DNA of 60,877 nucleotides from Malacoraja senta (Eukaryota). The DNA is taken from the NCBI GenBank assembly GCA_038087875.1, contig JAXLNO010000371.1, forward strand, positions 1 through 60,877, given 5' to 3'. Positions 58,300 through 60,877 of the stretch are shown piece after piece. Position numbers and translations under genes: made by a program. Position 1 is the stretch's first letter; each line of letters starts with the position of its first letter. The notes below the pieces were generated by a model, which saw nothing but the letters and a program-made list of their open reading frames with translations, did not search any database and was not told the DNA's origin.

Positions 58300-59248
58300 T
58301 TACAGCGCCAGAGTCCCGGGTTCGATCCCAACTACGGGTGCTGTCTGTACGGAGTTTGTACGTTCTCCCCGTGACCTGTGTGGGTTTTATTCACTGGGGA
58401 GTGGACAGGAAAGTGTGATAACAGAGACTAAAGAAGTTCCTCCTCATCTCCTTCCTAAAATAACTTTTGTTGCGTGCTAACCAGTCAGCGGAAAGACAAC
58501 ACATGGTTACAATCGAGCCGTCCACAGTAAGCATCAGATGTAAAGGGAATAACATTTAATGCAAGATAAAGTCCGATTATAGATAGCCTGCGGGTCTTCA
58601 ATGAAGCAGATAGTAACTCAGGACCATTCTCTAGTTGCTGATACAATGGTTCAGTTATTTGTGCTATAGTTTAGTTTAGAGATGTAGCAAAGAATTCCAC
58701 AGATTCACCACCCTCTGACTAAAGAAATTCTTCCTCATCTCCTTCCCAAAGGAACATCCTTTAATTCTGAGGCTGTGCCCTCTGGTCCTAGACTCTCCCA
58801 CTAGTGGAAACATCCTCTCCACATCCACTCTATCTGGAGATCGGCCCTTTCCAAGTGGCTGAGCATTAATTGTACTTCTTGTTTCGATTCCTTAAACAAT
58901 GGATGTTTTTTTCCCCCTGGTGAATTCCTTTATCAACCTTCTGCTTGAAAAAAAGCGCAACTTTAAAATTATACCATTTGGCCTTGTGACTAAATCTTTC
59001 AGCTGGAGTATCAATTGCGTACCTCGTTTGCTTCCTGTGATGGAATTAAGTTGTAGATTCGTGGAGCTGTACAGTGCAGAACAGGCCGTTCGGCCCACCT
59101 TGTCCATGCTGACCAAGTTAGTATACTGGGCTAGTCCTAGTTGCCTGCATTCGGCCCACTGTGAGAGGTGTAGATGGGGTAGACAGTCAGAGTATTTTCT
59201 CCCAGGATGGAAACGTCAAAGACTACAGAGAATAATTTTAAGCATTGA

Positions 59249-59563
59249 GGGCGGTCACGGTGGCGCAGCGAAGAGTTGCTGCCTCACAGCGAATGCAGTG
59301 CCGGAGACACGGGTTCGATCCCGACTACGGCTGCTGTCTGTACGGAGTTTGTACGTTCTCCCCATGACCTGCGTGGGTTTTCTCCGGGATCTTCGGTTTC
59401 CTCCCTCACTCCAAAGACGTACAGGTTTGTAGGTTAATTGGCTTGATAAATGTAAATTGTCCCTAGTGTGTGTAGGATAGTGTTAGTGTGCGGGGATCGC
59501 TGGTCGGCGCGGACCCGGTGGGCCGAAGGGCCTGTTTCCGAGCTGTATCTCTAAACTAAACTA
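59249..59563 (+). mobile_element. Full-length tRNA-derived SINE (HE1/V-SINE-like); other copies at ~1-150(-), 4655-4950(-), 7075-7302(+), 19650-19945(-), 43570-43876(-), 48655-48910(-), 53937-54247(+), 56585-56888(-), 57361-57651(+), 59665-59956(+)
   Basis: A box TGGCGCAGCG, B box GGGTTCGATCCC, conserved core GTTCTCCCCGTGACCTGCGTGGGTTT..GGTTTCCTCCCAC, CR1-like 3' end GGGCCGAAGGGCCTGTTTCC and (TAAAC)n tail. Confidence 0.88.
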
Positions 59564-60373
59564 AATTAAGTCAGGAAGTCATGTTGCAGCTTTTAAAGGA
59601 CCGTAGTTAGCCCATATTGGAGTATTATGTGCAGTTCTGGTCATCACATTACAGGAAGGCTTTTGCACAGCGCCAGAGACCCAGGTTCCATCCTGACCTT
59701 GGGTGTTGTCTGTGTGTGGAGTTTTGTACGTTCTCCCCGTGACCGCATGCGTTTCCTCCGGGTGCTCTGGTTTCCTCCCGCATCCCAAGGACGTGCAGGT
59801 TTGCAGGTGAATCGGCCCCTCTGTAAATTGCCCCCTAGTGTGTAAGGAGTGGATGAGAAAGTGGGATAACATAGAACTAGTATAAACGGGTGATCGATGG
59901 TCGGCGTGGACTCGTGGGGCCGAATGGCCTGTTTCCGCGCTGTATCTCTAAACTAAAAATGAATGCATCTACTTATTGCCACAGACGGCTGTGGAGGCCA
60001 AATCATTGGGTAAAGCGGAGATTGACGGATTCTTGATCAGTACGGGTGACAAAGTTTATGGGGAGAAGGCAGGAGAATGGGGTTGAGAGGGAGAGATAGA
60101 TCAGCCATGATTGAATGGCGGGATGGGAATGATGGGCCGAATGGCCTAATTCTGCTCCTATTGCTTATGAATATGAACTCTCCTCTCACATTTAGTATAG
60201 TTCAAAGATATAAAATTGAACAGACTCTTCGGTCAAAAAAAGGTCAAATAGCTGAACACAAGCCCTGCTCTCCACGGATTGTGTAGAGAGTTAAATATAA
60301 CATGGATACAACACCTATACTTCAGTGGATATTTTTAATGCAGAGATAGATAGGTTCTTGATTAGTGCGGGTG

Positions 60374-60877
60374 TCTATCTAAATGGCGTCAACTTGGGAA
60401 AAGGGGAAGTACAACGGGATCTGGGGGGTCCTTGTTCATCAGTCTATGAAAGTAAACATGCAGGTACAGCAGGCAGTGAAGAAAGTGAATGGCATGTTGG
60501 CCTTCATAACAAGAGGAATCGAATATAGGAGCAAAAGAGGTCCTTCTGCAGTTGTACAGGGCCCTAGTGAGACCACACCTGGAGTATTGTGTGCAGTTTT
60601 GGTCCCCTAATTTGAGGAAGGACATTCTTGCTATTGAGGGAGTGCAGCGTAGGTTTACAAGGTTAATTCCCTGGATGGCGGGACTGTCATATGCTGAGAG
60701 AATGGAGCAGCTGGGCACTCTGGAGTTTAGAAGGATGAGAGGAGATCTCATTGAAACATACAAGATTGTTAAGGGTTTGGACACGCTAGAGGCAGGAAAC
60801 ATGTTCCCGATGTTGGGGGGAGTCCAAAACCAGGGGCCACAGTTTTAAGAATAAGGGGTAAGCCATTTAAACGGAGA
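60374..60877 (+). mobile_element. CR1 LINE fragment running off the window end
   Basis: ORF 60552-60848, [16 protein letters not shown]. Confidence 0.9.

Noticed and set aside
59249..59330. tRNA gene suggested by A and B boxes
   Set aside because: It is the head of a SINE followed by the SINE core and tail and repeated many times in the window; no convincing cloverleaf.
58899..59432. 177-aa ORF as the next ALS2CL exon
   Set aside because: No MORN motif of the expected GERYIGxW type; it runs through CR1 and SINE fragments. The next exon is probably outside the window.

Overview
This is repeat-dense vertebrate DNA. The mix of CR1/HER1-type LINEs, HE1/V-SINE-like tRNA SINEs and Neptune-type Penelope elements suggests a cartilaginous fish such as a skate or ray (inference). 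Thirteen in-frame GT-AG coding exons of an ALS2CL-like gene lie on the + strand (18498-57339, 1568 nt, about 522 aa: DH, PH and the first MORN repeats); the gene continues past the window. Almost everything else is transposon-derived. A degenerate Gypsy LTR element (7407-17533, minus) has paired 195-bp LTRs, a GTTAC target-site duplication (TSD) and a tRNA-Leu primer-binding site (PBS). It carries nested CR1, Vingi-like and L2-tailed insertions, plus a near-perfect 81 x 28-bp satellite expanded from its own RT coding sequence. A DIRS tyrosine-recombinase retrotransposon (31362-35806, minus) retains its ITRs, internal complementary region (ICR), AAT integration trinucleotide and an apparent 5' intron. 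There are also Penelope GIY-YIG fragments with many minimal hammerhead-ribozyme motifs, a dispersed 66-bp minisatellite derived from them, hAT and Harbinger-like MITEs, L2, Rex1/Babar and Tx1 fragments, and several local duplications. No CRISPR array or prokaryotic system is present. All family and orthology calls come from recalled motifs, not database searches, and boundaries of degenerate repeats are approximate.
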